This document shows positions 17,901 through 28,001 of a stretch of DNA of 43,788 nt, piece by piece (position 1 is the stretch's first letter; every line of letters begins with the position of its first letter). The stretch is from a virus (Duplodnaviria; Caudoviricetes): the IMG/VR virus record IMGVR_UViG_3300020515_000010, positions 1 to 43,788 of that record. One strand, 5' to 3'. The notes beneath the pieces are model-generated. The model was not told the origin of the DNA and did not search any database. It worked only from the letters and a program-made list of their open reading frames with translations. A program made the translations under genes and the position numbers.

Positions 17901-20900
17901 ACTGCTGGAGTAACAACTACTAAACCTAGTGTTGGTGCAAGGGCAAAAAGTTTTTCACAAAGACCTTCGGCAAAGTTTGGAGCACTTGCTGCTCTTGGTA
18001 CTGCTGTTGCAGGAACTGCTGCTCAAGCAGTACAAAATCGTCAATCAGGTACTCCTTCATATGGAGAACAAGGTGTAACTCCAGCAATGTTAACTCCTGG
18101 AGAGTTTGTTGTTAATTCAAAATCTGCACAAAAATTTGGACCACAATTACAGGCTATGAATAAAGGTGGCATGGCTTACAGAGCAGAGCCAAGTGGACCA
18201 GGGTATGATTTTAAAGTTACAGATAAAAGATCTTCTCAAAACATTAATACTATTCCATCACAATCAACTGTTGCTAGATCTTCAATGAAACAATCTTTGG
18301 GTTCTGCAACTAGCACAATAAGTAGTGCTGGTAAAAAAATTGTTGAAAAATTAATTACAACAATGGGAAAAAATACATTAGTAGTTGATAAAAATACAGA
18401 AAGTTTAGATGATGCAACAAAGCAATCAAATAAAATTCAAAAGAGTCAAAGACTTGGTAGGGCTGCAAGTGGAATTGGTATGGGTGGATTTGCAATAAGT
18501 GGTGCTGCGATGGCAGTAGGAATGACTTCTAAAGATCCAAGAACTCAACAGTTAGCAAATAATGTGTCTATGGCTGCAGGAACAATTGGAAGTTTAGCAA
18601 TGGCCGCACCAATGCTTGCAAATCCTTTAGTCTTAGCAGCAACTGCAGCAGTTGGATTGCCAACAGCATTATACCTAATGAAAAAATCAATAGACAATGC
18701 AAGAGTTAAAGGATATGAATTTGCAACATCTATGAGTAACACTTCAGATGATTTAAAAGCAATGGGAGAGATGACTGGAAACGTTTCCGCTTCAGAAGTT
18801 GCAACTAGACAAAGAGAGTCAAGAACTTCCCCAATAAATCCATTACGAAGTGATTTTGGTGATACATTTATAACATCAGATTTAGGTAAACAATTATTAA
18901 ATCAAACAAGTCAATTAACTAAAGATAATATGGGTCCAGGAAGTGGAAAAATAATTGGTGCAAAACTTGCTGACTATGTTGTAGAAGGGTTGATAGATCC
19001 AGCACAAGCACAAAGCATAGCACAAGCAATAGGCACTTCTTTGGGTAGCCAAGATATATCTATGAGTATTAATGGTAAGTTAGAAGAACTTATTGGTATA
19101 AATGGAAATGACCTATATAAAGATCCATTAGAAGTAAGAATTAGACTTATTGAAGAATCAAAATCACAAAGTCAAGATTTTGCAAATACAATTCAAACAC
19201 AATTATCTAAAATTGATTCAAATAAAATATGGACAGATAGTGGATTTTATGATTTTTCTGGAATAGGAAAAAGTTTTTTTGAATCTTGGAAAACTGGAAC
19301 AGTTGATGTTGCTAAACTAGGAGATCTTATATTTGGTACAAATACATTTAAAGATAAAGGATTTGCAAAAATAGCAGGACAACAAGTTGGTTATAATGAA
19401 TCTGCATTAGAAACTTCTAGAAAAGCATTAGATACATATGAAGTTCAAGTTCAAACAAAAAGACAAGAATTTATAGAGCAAGAAAAAGTATTAAGAAATG
19501 CTATTCAAAATACAACTAATTCAGAAGAGCAAACAAAACTACAAAATAAATTAAACGATCTTTTGCTTTATAGAAATAATCTTGAAAATGATTATGTTGC
19601 TGGTAGAAAAGAGATAACTGATCAGCAAAAACAAACATTAGATTTTGTTATGAAAACTTTTACTACTAATAAACAAATACAAGATCAGATGTTAAAGGGT
19701 AGTAGCGAAGCGGTATCTATTAAATATAAAGATACACCTCTTGCTGGAATAGCATCTGCATTTACAACTCAAACAGAAGGGTTTAAAAATAAAGAAGTTA
19801 CTTTCTTAATTAATACACAAGTTTCATCTGGAAATATTGGGCTAGAACAGGCTATGTCTTTGATGAGCGTTATGACTGGAAAAGATGGAAAACTTAGTGA
19901 AGAAGGAATTCAAAAACAAATTACTTTATATGCAGAAGCCAAGGGTATCGGGGTAGAAGGATTAGATAGAATACTAGTTGCTACTAGAGAAGTTCAAGAT
20001 AGAGTTGAAAGAGGAGAAACAATAAATCTATTTAGAGATTTAGATCCAACAAAATTTGCTCAGGCTACTTCATTCTTAGAAACAGCAACTAATTTAAGTG
20101 ATAAAGATGTAAATATGGATGCAGTTATTGATACTGTAAGTATAGATGATATGGTATCTGCTAGCGAAGATATTGCTAAAATGAATAAAGAACTTCCAGA
20201 TAAAATAACTAAAGAAGCATTAATTAAATTTTCTGAAACAGATTCAGATTTTGTGGGCATTCAACAGAACGTTGATTGGTTTGATAGTTTGCCAGACGAG
20301 CAAACAAAGTATTCAATTCAAATTTATAGAACAATCCTTGAAACTATTGATGCAGATAAAATGAGAACTAGATTAGAAAATCAAAAGAAAGCATCCGCAT
20401 CGTCTTCACTTAATCCAGGAATGAGTACTACAGTTACTGATGAAGAAGTTGTAAGAGCATCAGCGGATGAGGCCGTTAGACTAACTAAAAAATATTTTGG
20501 ACCAGGGTCATTGTATGCATCAGTAATAGGAGAAGATGGAGAGGCTGGTGGAGGTGGTGGAGGAATCGTACCAATACAAACAGCACAGTTAATAGAATTA
20601 AGAATGAAAGGGCTAGATCCAGCAGCAGCAGGAAGTCTAGATTTTGCTTCAGCAGGAAAAATATTAACTGGAACAGTTAAACAACAAAGACAAGCAATTT
20701 CTGAATTAAATGCTTCCTTAAGAGAGGCATCTATTCAAGCAGAACTATTAAAGACTGATGAAGAAATGTTACAAGATACTATGACTTCTGCAACTAATGC
20801 TATAGGTGCATACATAGATATGCTTGAACAAACAAGAATTAATCCAATTCAAGATCAAATAGATCAATATAATGAACTCTCTAATGCTCAACAAAAACAA

Positions 20901-22301
20901 ATAGACCTTTATAGTAAAGGGTTGCAACAACTATCTGATAAAGAAGATAACATTAATAAGATTTATGATGAAAGAATTTCTGCTATTGATAAAGTAACTC
21001 AAGCAAATGATAGAGCGGCACAAAGACAACAACGACAAATTGATTTGGCTTCAGCAATTGCTTCTGGTGATTTTGGTGCAGCCGCAAGTGCAGCAGCAGA
21101 GATTACTAACGCAGAGGCTCAAGCACAATTAGAAGATACTAGGGCAGCACTTGAACAACAACAACAAGCAGAACTTGCTGCTTTGACGGTAGAAATTAAT
21201 GGTCAACTATATACTCGTGAACAAATTGAAACTAATATTAAGTCTCTTGAAGAGTCAATATATCAAACTACTTTATTGGTTAGAGCAGAACAAGAAAAAA
21301 TTGTTAATATTGAAAAGACTATTACTGCTGAGAAAGAAAAACAACGTAAACTTCAAGTGTTAACACAGATGAGTCAGATTGCTACTCAGATGCAAACAAC
21401 TGTAAATCAGTCAGCACGTCAAGCAATGGGTGCACAACTTGGATATCTTGGTCAGTCAATAGGTTTAGATCCAAATAGTCCTGAGTCTGTTGCTGCAATG
21501 AGTCAATCATTAGGAATAAATGTTCAAGCCCTTTCTGATTCTATTTTAAAATCTCAACAAATTGCTACATTAACAGCAACAGAGTTTGCACTAGAAGCAG
21601 AAAAAGCAAAAAAGAAAGCAGGAGATTTATCAAGATTTTATGGAGAAGCAAGCGTAGAAGGAAAGAATTCATTAGGATTCTTAACAAACTTAAGTGCAGC
21701 ATGGGCTGGAGATTCAAAGAAAAGTGGATTGGGTGGTATGGTTTCTACAGGCAGAGACATACTTACAAGTTTATCTCAGTCAGCAGACGCAATTAGAATT
21801 GGAAAAGTTCAAATACAAAATGCAGTAGATAGTGCTTTAGCATCAATAAGATCAGCAAGAAGACCTTACGCTTTTGGTGGAAACGTAAAAAGAATGGCAA
21901 TGGGTGGAAATGTAAATTATAAAGGATCTACTGAACCAGCACCAGTAAGGATGGCAATTGGAAACCTTGTTCCAGGATTAGGAAATACAGATAGGGTTCC
22001 AGCATTATTAACACCAGGAGAATTTGTTGTTCGTAAATCTGTTGCAAAAGAAAACTTAGGATTACTACAAGCAATGAATGGGGACGTTTTTCCAGGAATG
22101 AAAGGTGGCATAGGTGCAAACACAATCATGGCACCAATTACAAATACAGTTATGGAAGGAAGCACAACACTGTATAATAATAGTTATAGCGTTAATGTAA
22201 ATGTTGCAGGAACAAACTCTTCAGCAGATGAAGTTGCAAATGTTGTAATTAGAAAGATTAAGGGTATGAACGACAGAGGAATAAGAGGTAGTAGATACTA
22301 A
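14937..22301 (+). CDS. Tape measure protein with inserted domain
   Basis: 2454 aa, Ala/Gln-rich helical; TP901-like core (MQEGGVKASEAANALKSGL); hydrophobic segments; three PGEFVV motifs. Confidence 0.92.
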   Translation: MVDAQANIRVNLDAAQALAELKALEKQIQFFNKSIIQGSSEASRIQKEFSTSLIHNINATGKFTASMGKVHTETERFTNALEKNKLSAREYFRYSMASTKSFGKLFGKEFGTITKVAEERVKLLQTRHIELGRAADGAMRAVKIVPNSLDYSKPITQMQLAIQKQQIFNKLLDAGTTKLLNFGKNTQWAGRQLMVGFTIPLTILGSTAIRTFRDMEMQAIRFKKVYGDIFTSTVETDAALESIKKLANEYTKYGVAITDTIKMAADAAAAGNSGAQLESVVAQATKLSVLGGVAQDQALEATIAIQNAFGATGKELDKTINFLNAVENQTVVALDDITQAIPKVAPVIQSLGGDIKDLAFFMAAMQEGGVKASEAANALKSGLASLINPSKAANEQAKALGINLNGIVEQNAGDLKATVMTFATALEPLDELSKSRLIETIFGKYQFARLSTLFENVNKSGTQASRVLSLAAASTEELGIMAERELGVTAESAAVKFQAAIEKLKASLVPVGQAFAEALTPIIEFATKALNKFNNFSDGTKKAIVAVIAAIGGIGPVLLMSIGLIANGIANIGKFINLLRKGYQSLTVGGGELGLSTQYLSSEQLEALSVANNLHNAHEMLTDQFALEAGALMRLTSVYKQANQAASSFAQTNPQFFAAGAASKIKNPKFGKPMAKGGWVPGSGNKDTVPTTLMPGEFVVTKKAAQANSQTLEAMNKGGQTYRSSGTPGFGKMAYRGGGSLPQSDSVSLVGHLQTSGLHLRQGTKKDNGAYRYSGYTMFGNHSFNQLTQNRAADIRPLMGGANVEGYPLFRKEAQDIADLIKTKPDLTINEKVALKVLQAELKQFPTNGAWQGEMGRRYALNALAAEGLDPNSPQGKNVLNEMQKSFKNASSGSKNSDQLTSRLYSNADELWAKGILGDKGMRSKVKKGSPHKEYRKMPIVQLLRMLNDPNLVRAQGGFGLTVPKFLDPKYDNAGNLVSVMGMPMTKQTAGVTTTKPSVGARAKSFSQRPSAKFGALAALGTAVAGTAAQAVQNRQSGTPSYGEQGVTPAMLTPGEFVVNSKSAQKFGPQLQAMNKGGMAYRAEPSGPGYDFKVTDKRSSQNINTIPSQSTVARSSMKQSLGSATSTISSAGKKIVEKLITTMGKNTLVVDKNTESLDDATKQSNKIQKSQRLGRAASGIGMGGFAISGAAMAVGMTSKDPRTQQLANNVSMAAGTIGSLAMAAPMLANPLVLAATAAVGLPTALYLMKKSIDNARVKGYEFATSMSNTSDDLKAMGEMTGNVSASEVATRQRESRTSPINPLRSDFGDTFITSDLGKQLLNQTSQLTKDNMGPGSGKIIGAKLADYVVEGLIDPAQAQSIAQAIGTSLGSQDISMSINGKLEELIGINGNDLYKDPLEVRIRLIEESKSQSQDFANTIQTQLSKIDSNKIWTDSGFYDFSGIGKSFFESWKTGTVDVAKLGDLIFGTNTFKDKGFAKIAGQQVGYNESALETSRKALDTYEVQVQTKRQEFIEQEKVLRNAIQNTTNSEEQTKLQNKLNDLLLYRNNLENDYVAGRKEITDQQKQTLDFVMKTFTTNKQIQDQMLKGSSEAVSIKYKDTPLAGIASAFTTQTEGFKNKEVTFLINTQVSSGNIGLEQAMSLMSVMTGKDGKLSEEGIQKQITLYAEAKGIGVEGLDRILVATREVQDRVERGETINLFRDLDPTKFAQATSFLETATNLSDKDVNMDAVIDTVSIDDMVSASEDIAKMNKELPDKITKEALIKFSETDSDFVGIQQNVDWFDSLPDEQTKYSIQIYRTILETIDADKMRTRLENQKKASASSSLNPGMSTTVTDEEVVRASADEAVRLTKKYFGPGSLYASVIGEDGEAGGGGGGIVPIQTAQLIELRMKGLDPAAAGSLDFASAGKILTGTVKQQRQAISELNASLREASIQAELLKTDEEMLQDTMTSATNAIGAYIDMLEQTRINPIQDQIDQYNELSNAQQKQIDLYSKGLQQLSDKEDNINKIYDERISAIDKVTQANDRAAQRQQRQIDLASAIASGDFGAAASAAAEITNAEAQAQLEDTRAALEQQQQAELAALTVEINGQLYTREQIETNIKSLEESIYQTTLLVRAEQEKIVNIEKTITAEKEKQRKLQVLTQMSQIATQMQTTVNQSARQAMGAQLGYLGQSIGLDPNSPESVAAMSQSLGINVQALSDSILKSQQIATLTATEFALEAEKAKKKAGDLSRFYGEASVEGKNSLGFLTNLSAAWAGDSKKSGLGGMVSTGRDILTSLSQSADAIRIGKVQIQNAVDSALASIRSARRPYAFGGNVKRMAMGGNVNYKGSTEPAPVRMAIGNLVPGLGNTDRVPALLTPGEFVVRKSVAKENLGLLQAMNGDVFPGMKGGIGANTIMAPITNTVMEGSTTLYNNSYSVNVNVAGTNSSADEVANVVIRKIKGMNDRGIRGSRY

Positions 22302-22891
22302 TGGCCACTAGTGGATATTTATTAGGAAGAAAAAGATTTGGTAGACCTCAAGGTGTAATTTGGTCAAATAACTCTGGCGTGTTAAGTAATGGAATTTTAG
22401 TTCCAGATGGCGTTGAAGGTGAAGATTTTATTGTTCTATCAGATCATGGTAGAGGAGAAATTGGTTTTAATAAACAAAGAATTGAAAATAGAAAGAGAAT
22501 GGTTAATGGCAATATGCGTTCATATCATGTTGCTGATAAGGTAACGGCGTCTTGGTCTTGGGATATGCTTCCTTCAAGAGCATTTAGTAACGATCCTATA
22601 TTTAGTGATACAACAGGTAAGCAAACTTCTTTGTCAGAAGAGTACACTGCTGACGGTGGTGCTGGCGGGGTAGATTTAATTAAATGGTATGAAGATAATC
22701 CTGGTTCATTTTATATGTTCTTAGCATATGATAGATATGATAAATTTACTAGTTCTGCATATGCAAATATGGATAAGTATAATGAAATATTAGAAGTGTA
22801 TTTTTCTTCCTTTGACTATACCGTTGTAAAAAGAGGATCAACCAATACCCACGATTTCTTTAATGTGGATGTTTCACTTGAGGAGGTCTAA
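22301..22891 (+). CDS. Putative distal tail protein
   Basis: Follows the tape measure gene; RKRMVNGNMRSY, SWSWDMLPS, C-terminal VSLEEV. Confidence 0.55.
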   Translation: MATSGYLLGRKRFGRPQGVIWSNNSGVLSNGILVPDGVEGEDFIVLSDHGRGEIGFNKQRIENRKRMVNGNMRSYHVADKVTASWSWDMLPSRAFSNDPIFSDTTGKQTSLSEEYTADGGAGGVDLIKWYEDNPGSFYMFLAYDRYDKFTSSAYANMDKYNEILEVYFSSFDYTVVKRGSTNTHDFFNVDVSLEEV

Positions 22892-25800
22892 TGTTTCAAG
22901 ACGAAGACCTTCAAAATTATATTAAAACTAATAACACCCTTAGTATTGAATCATTTGTAGTTGCTGAATGGAACTTAAATGATTTAGAAAATGTTGCTAA
23001 TTATGGTAACTATAGGTATCGTCCGACTAGTGCATCAGTTCAATTTAGAACAGTACCAAATTCATTTGACCCTAATGATGTTGGCAACTACTATACTGGT
23101 GGGTTAGACTCAACAAAAGCCTCAGAGTTTTTGACTGATAAGGACGATGCCCTAATTAAATTTATAGAGCCAGAAAAGAATAGAGAATTATTATTTAGTC
23201 TTAAAGAATGTTTTCAACCGTTTCGCCCACGTTCGGGTATAAATAAATTAATGTGGTTTAACAATAAATATATTGATAATATTAGATCTGCTCGTAGACC
23301 AAGATATTATATGGCTTCAAGAGATGATGAATTTAAATATTGGAGTTCATATAGAAAAGAAGAAAATACTGAACTAGGTTTATCTTCTACAATTCAATCT
23401 AACAATGTTGGTCATCCTATTGAGGATGCTGTTCCGTTTGTTGTTTACAATAATCCAGTTCCAGCAAATAGAGTTGTTGTAAAGATGCAAACAAATCTTG
23501 CTGAAACATCTAGAGGAGAAATAAGAACCCCAGATGGTGAAACAATTACTGATCCACTTGCCAATAGAGACAAGTCAAGTATTCCTAAAAGATGGGCTAT
23601 TCAATATTTAGATTCACAAGATAATTGGGTAGAGGCAGCAGCATTTGATGAAAACTCTACAAGAATAGATGGATCAAATATAGTTTCATGGGATGGGTAT
23701 GTTGAATTATATTATGGAATAAGAATCCCAGAAGAATATAAAGAACAATTTAATTTGGTAGATTATTTAAGTGCAAGTACTCAACTTCCTTTAGGATTTA
23801 TGAATGGTGAATCATACTTGGTTGGAGGAAACGAAAGCAACCTAGGATCTCTTTATACTTGGAATACTGGTTTATCCGATTGGGATGTCAGCACTCCAGA
23901 CTATGGTTTTTCATTATTAGAAGATAACGATGTTAAAAGAACTGGCCTTATAAGAGAATTAACTAATCCTAAGTATTTTGACCTAGATGGTCGAAGGGTA
24001 TATAGAGATATAGTTTATCTAAAAGGATTAAGACTAGTAGTGGAAACATTAAATGGTCCTGAAACTACTTTTGATTTAATTGAACTATCTCCTAGATTAA
24101 AAGCAGATATATCTAACTATGTTTCAGACTTTGAAATAAATAAGATTATGAGTAATGATTCTACAGGCCTGCCAGTCGGTGGCCTTCTAGCATCTAACGG
24201 TAACCTAAACCTAATGAACTATGACTCAGCCTTTAGTGAGCAAAATGAAAATAGTATTGTATCCCCATATTTAAAACCAAATGTTAAGTTTGATTTTTAT
24301 GAAACAATCTTAGATGTAAATGGTTATGACAAATTTGTTCCATTAAAAACTTTTTATGCAGAAGACTTTCCAAAAGTTGCAGGCGGAGTAAACGATGTTC
24401 CTATTACTCTTAGAGACTTTTTCTTTAGACTAGAAACAACAAAGGCTCCAAATTTATTCTTGCAAAACACAACGTTGACTTCAGCAATAGCCATCTTGTT
24501 AGATAATATAGGTTTTAGTAATTATGTATTTAGTACAATTACTAACGCTACAGATCCAGTTATTCCATACTTCTTTGTTGAGCCTGATGTTAGTGTGGCT
24601 GAAGTATTACAAAGACTTGCCGTGTCAACTCAAACAGCAATGTTCTTTGATGAGTACAACAATTTTGTTTTGATGTCAAAAGAATATCTGTTGCCTGAAT
24701 CTGGTGTAAGATCAACTAACCTTGAGATACTTGGTGAGACATCTGAGAAGGGTATTGTAAATCTAAGTAATATTGATAGTGCAGAAGTAACTATTATTAA
24801 CTCTGGCAACATAAACTATACAACAAGATACATTCAAAGATCTCCTAGTAGTTTTAAACAAGGACAATATTTTGATGAGGATAGAACTTATATTTATAAA
24901 CCAGTTTTACTTTGGGAAGTTGCATCTGATCAACAACAAAAGACTATAAATGAAAAAGCAAAGAACGCTCAAGGATATACTTTGGGTGCTGTTCCTATTA
25001 ATGCTAATCTTTCTTCTACCCCACCAAATGTTGTTAATAGAATTGTTGTAAACAATGTTATTGATTTAGGCGAAAATGTTTATTGGCTTCCAAGATTTCA
25101 AGGGTATCTATATGCAAATGGAGAAATTATTAGATATGATGCTGTAGAGTATGCTATATCTGGATCTCAAAAACAATGGATAACAAGTAATCAAGAATAT
25201 CAAAAATATTTTGGTAGTTTGCCTTTTAATGGAAAAATGTATCCTACTGGCAATATTAGAATATATTCTGAACCACATTATCAAGTTTTAAATCCTGGAG
25301 AAATTACTGAGCAAGTTGTGTTTCAAAATGGAGAAGTCAAGGCACATGGTCGTGGACAATTTGGTACACAGATAACTGAACACTATTCTGGATTATCAAC
25401 ATACTGGAGTGATAATAATAATGTTCGTGGGTGTGTTATGAAATCTGAATATCTATTTAATACAAAGCCAGTAGACAAAATATCTTTTCCAACTTTTCCT
25501 GCACTTGGAGATGCTGTTGGTGTAAGCAATACTAGTGCACAACAATCAACTAGAACTGGAATTATTGCTAATTTTAATAGACAAAATATTCCAACAGATG
25601 ATGCGTTAAAAACTCCTAAGTCAACAGATTCTGCAGTGGTTCAATCTTCTGCTTTAGTTTTTTCTGGACCAACTCCAATTCCACAGGGTATAAAGCCAAG
25701 AGATTTAGTTTCTTATGTATATAAGCAAATAGATAATGACTATACGCACTTTGGAACTAGAATAAGAATTATTGGAAAGAAAGGAGCCTCAACTGGTTCT

Positions 25801-27225
25801 CAAACTCCACTAAACTCTACTGAGTATTTTACTGTTACTTCTACAACTGATCAACAATCAACTTTGTCTGGTGGATCTGGTGGTCTTGGTATTATGATTA
25901 ACCCAGATAAAAACTACGGATACTTTTTTGAAATTATGTCTTTAACTACAGATAACTTGCAACAGTTTACTACACAAAACGAAACAACTGGAGAAACTAC
26001 AGTTATACATAATATAGTTTTTTATAAAGTAGTTCCAGGAATAGTTGATGGTACTACAGTAGCAGTACCTAAAAAACTTTGGGGTGGAATAGGAAAAATA
26101 TTAGTTGATGAAGGAACCTTAGTAGGACAAGATAGATTAACTGCTCAAAGTAATCCAACAGTATATGATTTGGCTGTAGAGTATGAAGACATTGGAAGTG
26201 TTAGAAGATTTTATTTATATATTAATAATGCTATTGTTGCAACCGTAGATGACGTAAGTCCACTACCTTGGTATAACGGCATGGCCTTATTTACTAGAGG
26301 GTCCTCTAAGTGTATGTTTGAAAACATTTACGCTTTAAAGAATATTCAACAACAGGATGTTGGAGCAACACTTGTTAAGAATGTTAGAAACGAATCTGGT
26401 AGATTAGCAACAACAAGTATATCTCAAGTATTTGGTGACGATGAGTTAACTAGTTCTGAATCATTAAGAAAGTACTCTATTTCAGGATTAATTCAATCAA
26501 CACTTTTGTCTGGAATTAGTTCTGGTGCAGCACCTAAATATAAGATATACTTTGAAGAGTTTGGTACTATCTTTAGAGAATGTGCATATTTTAATATTAG
26601 ATACGATCAAGCCTACCCTGCTTTAGTTGCCGCAATAGCCCCCTCTTTAAGTAGAGAAAAATCTTTTACTATATCTGGTTTTAAAGCAGGTAGTTATGGA
26701 GCAGAGTTTTTAATTTTTAATAACACTGATAAACTTATGGCCTTAGATGAAACAACAGGTAACTATTTAAGAATATTCGGTGTAACCTTTACTCAAAATA
26801 CTTCTAATGTTTTAACTGTAGATGACTTCTTTAGAAAACGTTCAGATCAATCTGATCCTATTTATGTCAATAATACTTTGTACTCTCCTCAGGTAGCACA
26901 AAAAACTTATCAAAATATTCAGTTGAGTAGATCTAAGTATGGTAAAAGAGAGTTCTCTCTTGATTCTCCATACATTCAAAATGATGATACTGCTAATGGC
27001 TTGATGTCTTGGATTGTTAATAAGACTTTGAGACAGAGAAAGAAGATTGGGTTAGAAACTTTTGGTACTTCTCATCTTCAACTTGGAGATCTTGTTACAA
27101 TAGATTATACCCTTCCAGATGGTTATAAGTTTGTTGATCCAGAAACACAGTTTGTTGTTTCTTCAGTATCTTATAGAAGAGATCAGAATGGTCCAAATAC
27201 AACAATTAGGGTGGTAGAAGTCTAA
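22891..27225 (+). CDS. Large tail tip/baseplate hub protein
   Basis: 1444 aa; AEVLQRLAVSTQTAMFFDEYNNF and C-terminal HLQLGDLVTI hub-like motifs. Confidence 0.7.
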   Translation: MFQDEDLQNYIKTNNTLSIESFVVAEWNLNDLENVANYGNYRYRPTSASVQFRTVPNSFDPNDVGNYYTGGLDSTKASEFLTDKDDALIKFIEPEKNRELLFSLKECFQPFRPRSGINKLMWFNNKYIDNIRSARRPRYYMASRDDEFKYWSSYRKEENTELGLSSTIQSNNVGHPIEDAVPFVVYNNPVPANRVVVKMQTNLAETSRGEIRTPDGETITDPLANRDKSSIPKRWAIQYLDSQDNWVEAAAFDENSTRIDGSNIVSWDGYVELYYGIRIPEEYKEQFNLVDYLSASTQLPLGFMNGESYLVGGNESNLGSLYTWNTGLSDWDVSTPDYGFSLLEDNDVKRTGLIRELTNPKYFDLDGRRVYRDIVYLKGLRLVVETLNGPETTFDLIELSPRLKADISNYVSDFEINKIMSNDSTGLPVGGLLASNGNLNLMNYDSAFSEQNENSIVSPYLKPNVKFDFYETILDVNGYDKFVPLKTFYAEDFPKVAGGVNDVPITLRDFFFRLETTKAPNLFLQNTTLTSAIAILLDNIGFSNYVFSTITNATDPVIPYFFVEPDVSVAEVLQRLAVSTQTAMFFDEYNNFVLMSKEYLLPESGVRSTNLEILGETSEKGIVNLSNIDSAEVTIINSGNINYTTRYIQRSPSSFKQGQYFDEDRTYIYKPVLLWEVASDQQQKTINEKAKNAQGYTLGAVPINANLSSTPPNVVNRIVVNNVIDLGENVYWLPRFQGYLYANGEIIRYDAVEYAISGSQKQWITSNQEYQKYFGSLPFNGKMYPTGNIRIYSEPHYQVLNPGEITEQVVFQNGEVKAHGRGQFGTQITEHYSGLSTYWSDNNNVRGCVMKSEYLFNTKPVDKISFPTFPALGDAVGVSNTSAQQSTRTGIIANFNRQNIPTDDALKTPKSTDSAVVQSSALVFSGPTPIPQGIKPRDLVSYVYKQIDNDYTHFGTRIRIIGKKGASTGSQTPLNSTEYFTVTSTTDQQSTLSGGSGGLGIMINPDKNYGYFFEIMSLTTDNLQQFTTQNETTGETTVIHNIVFYKVVPGIVDGTTVAVPKKLWGGIGKILVDEGTLVGQDRLTAQSNPTVYDLAVEYEDIGSVRRFYLYINNAIVATVDDVSPLPWYNGMALFTRGSSKCMFENIYALKNIQQQDVGATLVKNVRNESGRLATTSISQVFGDDELTSSESLRKYSISGLIQSTLLSGISSGAAPKYKIYFEEFGTIFRECAYFNIRYDQAYPALVAAIAPSLSREKSFTISGFKAGSYGAEFLIFNNTDKLMALDETTGNYLRIFGVTFTQNTSNVLTVDDFFRKRSDQSDPIYVNNTLYSPQVAQKTYQNIQLSRSKYGKREFSLDSPYIQNDDTANGLMSWIVNKTLRQRKKIGLETFGTSHLQLGDLVTIDYTLPDGYKFVDPETQFVVSSVSYRRDQNGPNTTIRVVEV

Positions 27226-28001
27226 TGGCATCAAGTAAAAAACCTCCAAGTAAAGCAAAAACTCAAGAAAGAGTAGAATATTTAAAACAGCAGGTTAAGT
27301 TATTACCTGAATCACAACAAGGAGTAGAACTTCAAAAAATTAAAGATGCAGCAAAAAAAGGAGGAGGATTAACAAAAGATGAACTAGTTGCTTTTGATAA
27401 AAGATTTAATACAACACTTTATGGCGTAGATGGAAAAAGTGGAACTATTGGAAAAAATAACGCAGTCACGTTCTCAGCCACAGTTTCTACAGCAAGCAAC
27501 AATACTCCTTACACATACACACCTCCAGATGTTGTAGTTAAAACTCCAACTAGAGATGTTGTTAATTTTACAGATGATTCTAGTATAGGTGTAGAACTTC
27601 TTACTAATTTGTTGTTTGAAAATTTGGGGGCAAATGAATTAGTTAAATTTGAAAGACATGATACTATCGAGGGTACTAATGCAAACTATGACATTATTTC
27701 TAATCTATCTGATATACAAAAAGAATTTGATCCTTCTAGGTTAATATCTAGGCAAAAACCTGATAGATCATATTTTGACATATTCAATATTAAACTGGAA
27801 AATAAAATACCTAGCGATAAGTATTTAAAAAACAACCCAAAGATTGATGGTACAGGTCAAACAAATATTACAGACTATGTATACATAGATTCAGTTGGTA
27901 ATTTAGTAATTGAATTAGTTAATATGAATTCAGATGAGTTGGTAGAAGTAGAAGTAGAGTCCAGTGGTACAATATATGTGGGGTACGAAATTGATTACTG
28001 A
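27225..28001 (+). CDS. Hypothetical tail-module protein
   Basis: 258-aa ORF coupled by TAATG. Confidence 0.65.
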   Translation: MASSKKPPSKAKTQERVEYLKQQVKLLPESQQGVELQKIKDAAKKGGGLTKDELVAFDKRFNTTLYGVDGKSGTIGKNNAVTFSATVSTASNNTPYTYTPPDVVVKTPTRDVVNFTDDSSIGVELLTNLLFENLGANELVKFERHDTIEGTNANYDIISNLSDIQKEFDPSRLISRQKPDRSYFDIFNIKLENKIPSDKYLKNNPKIDGTGQTNITDYVYIDSVGNLVIELVNMNSDELVEVEVESSGTIYVGYEIDY

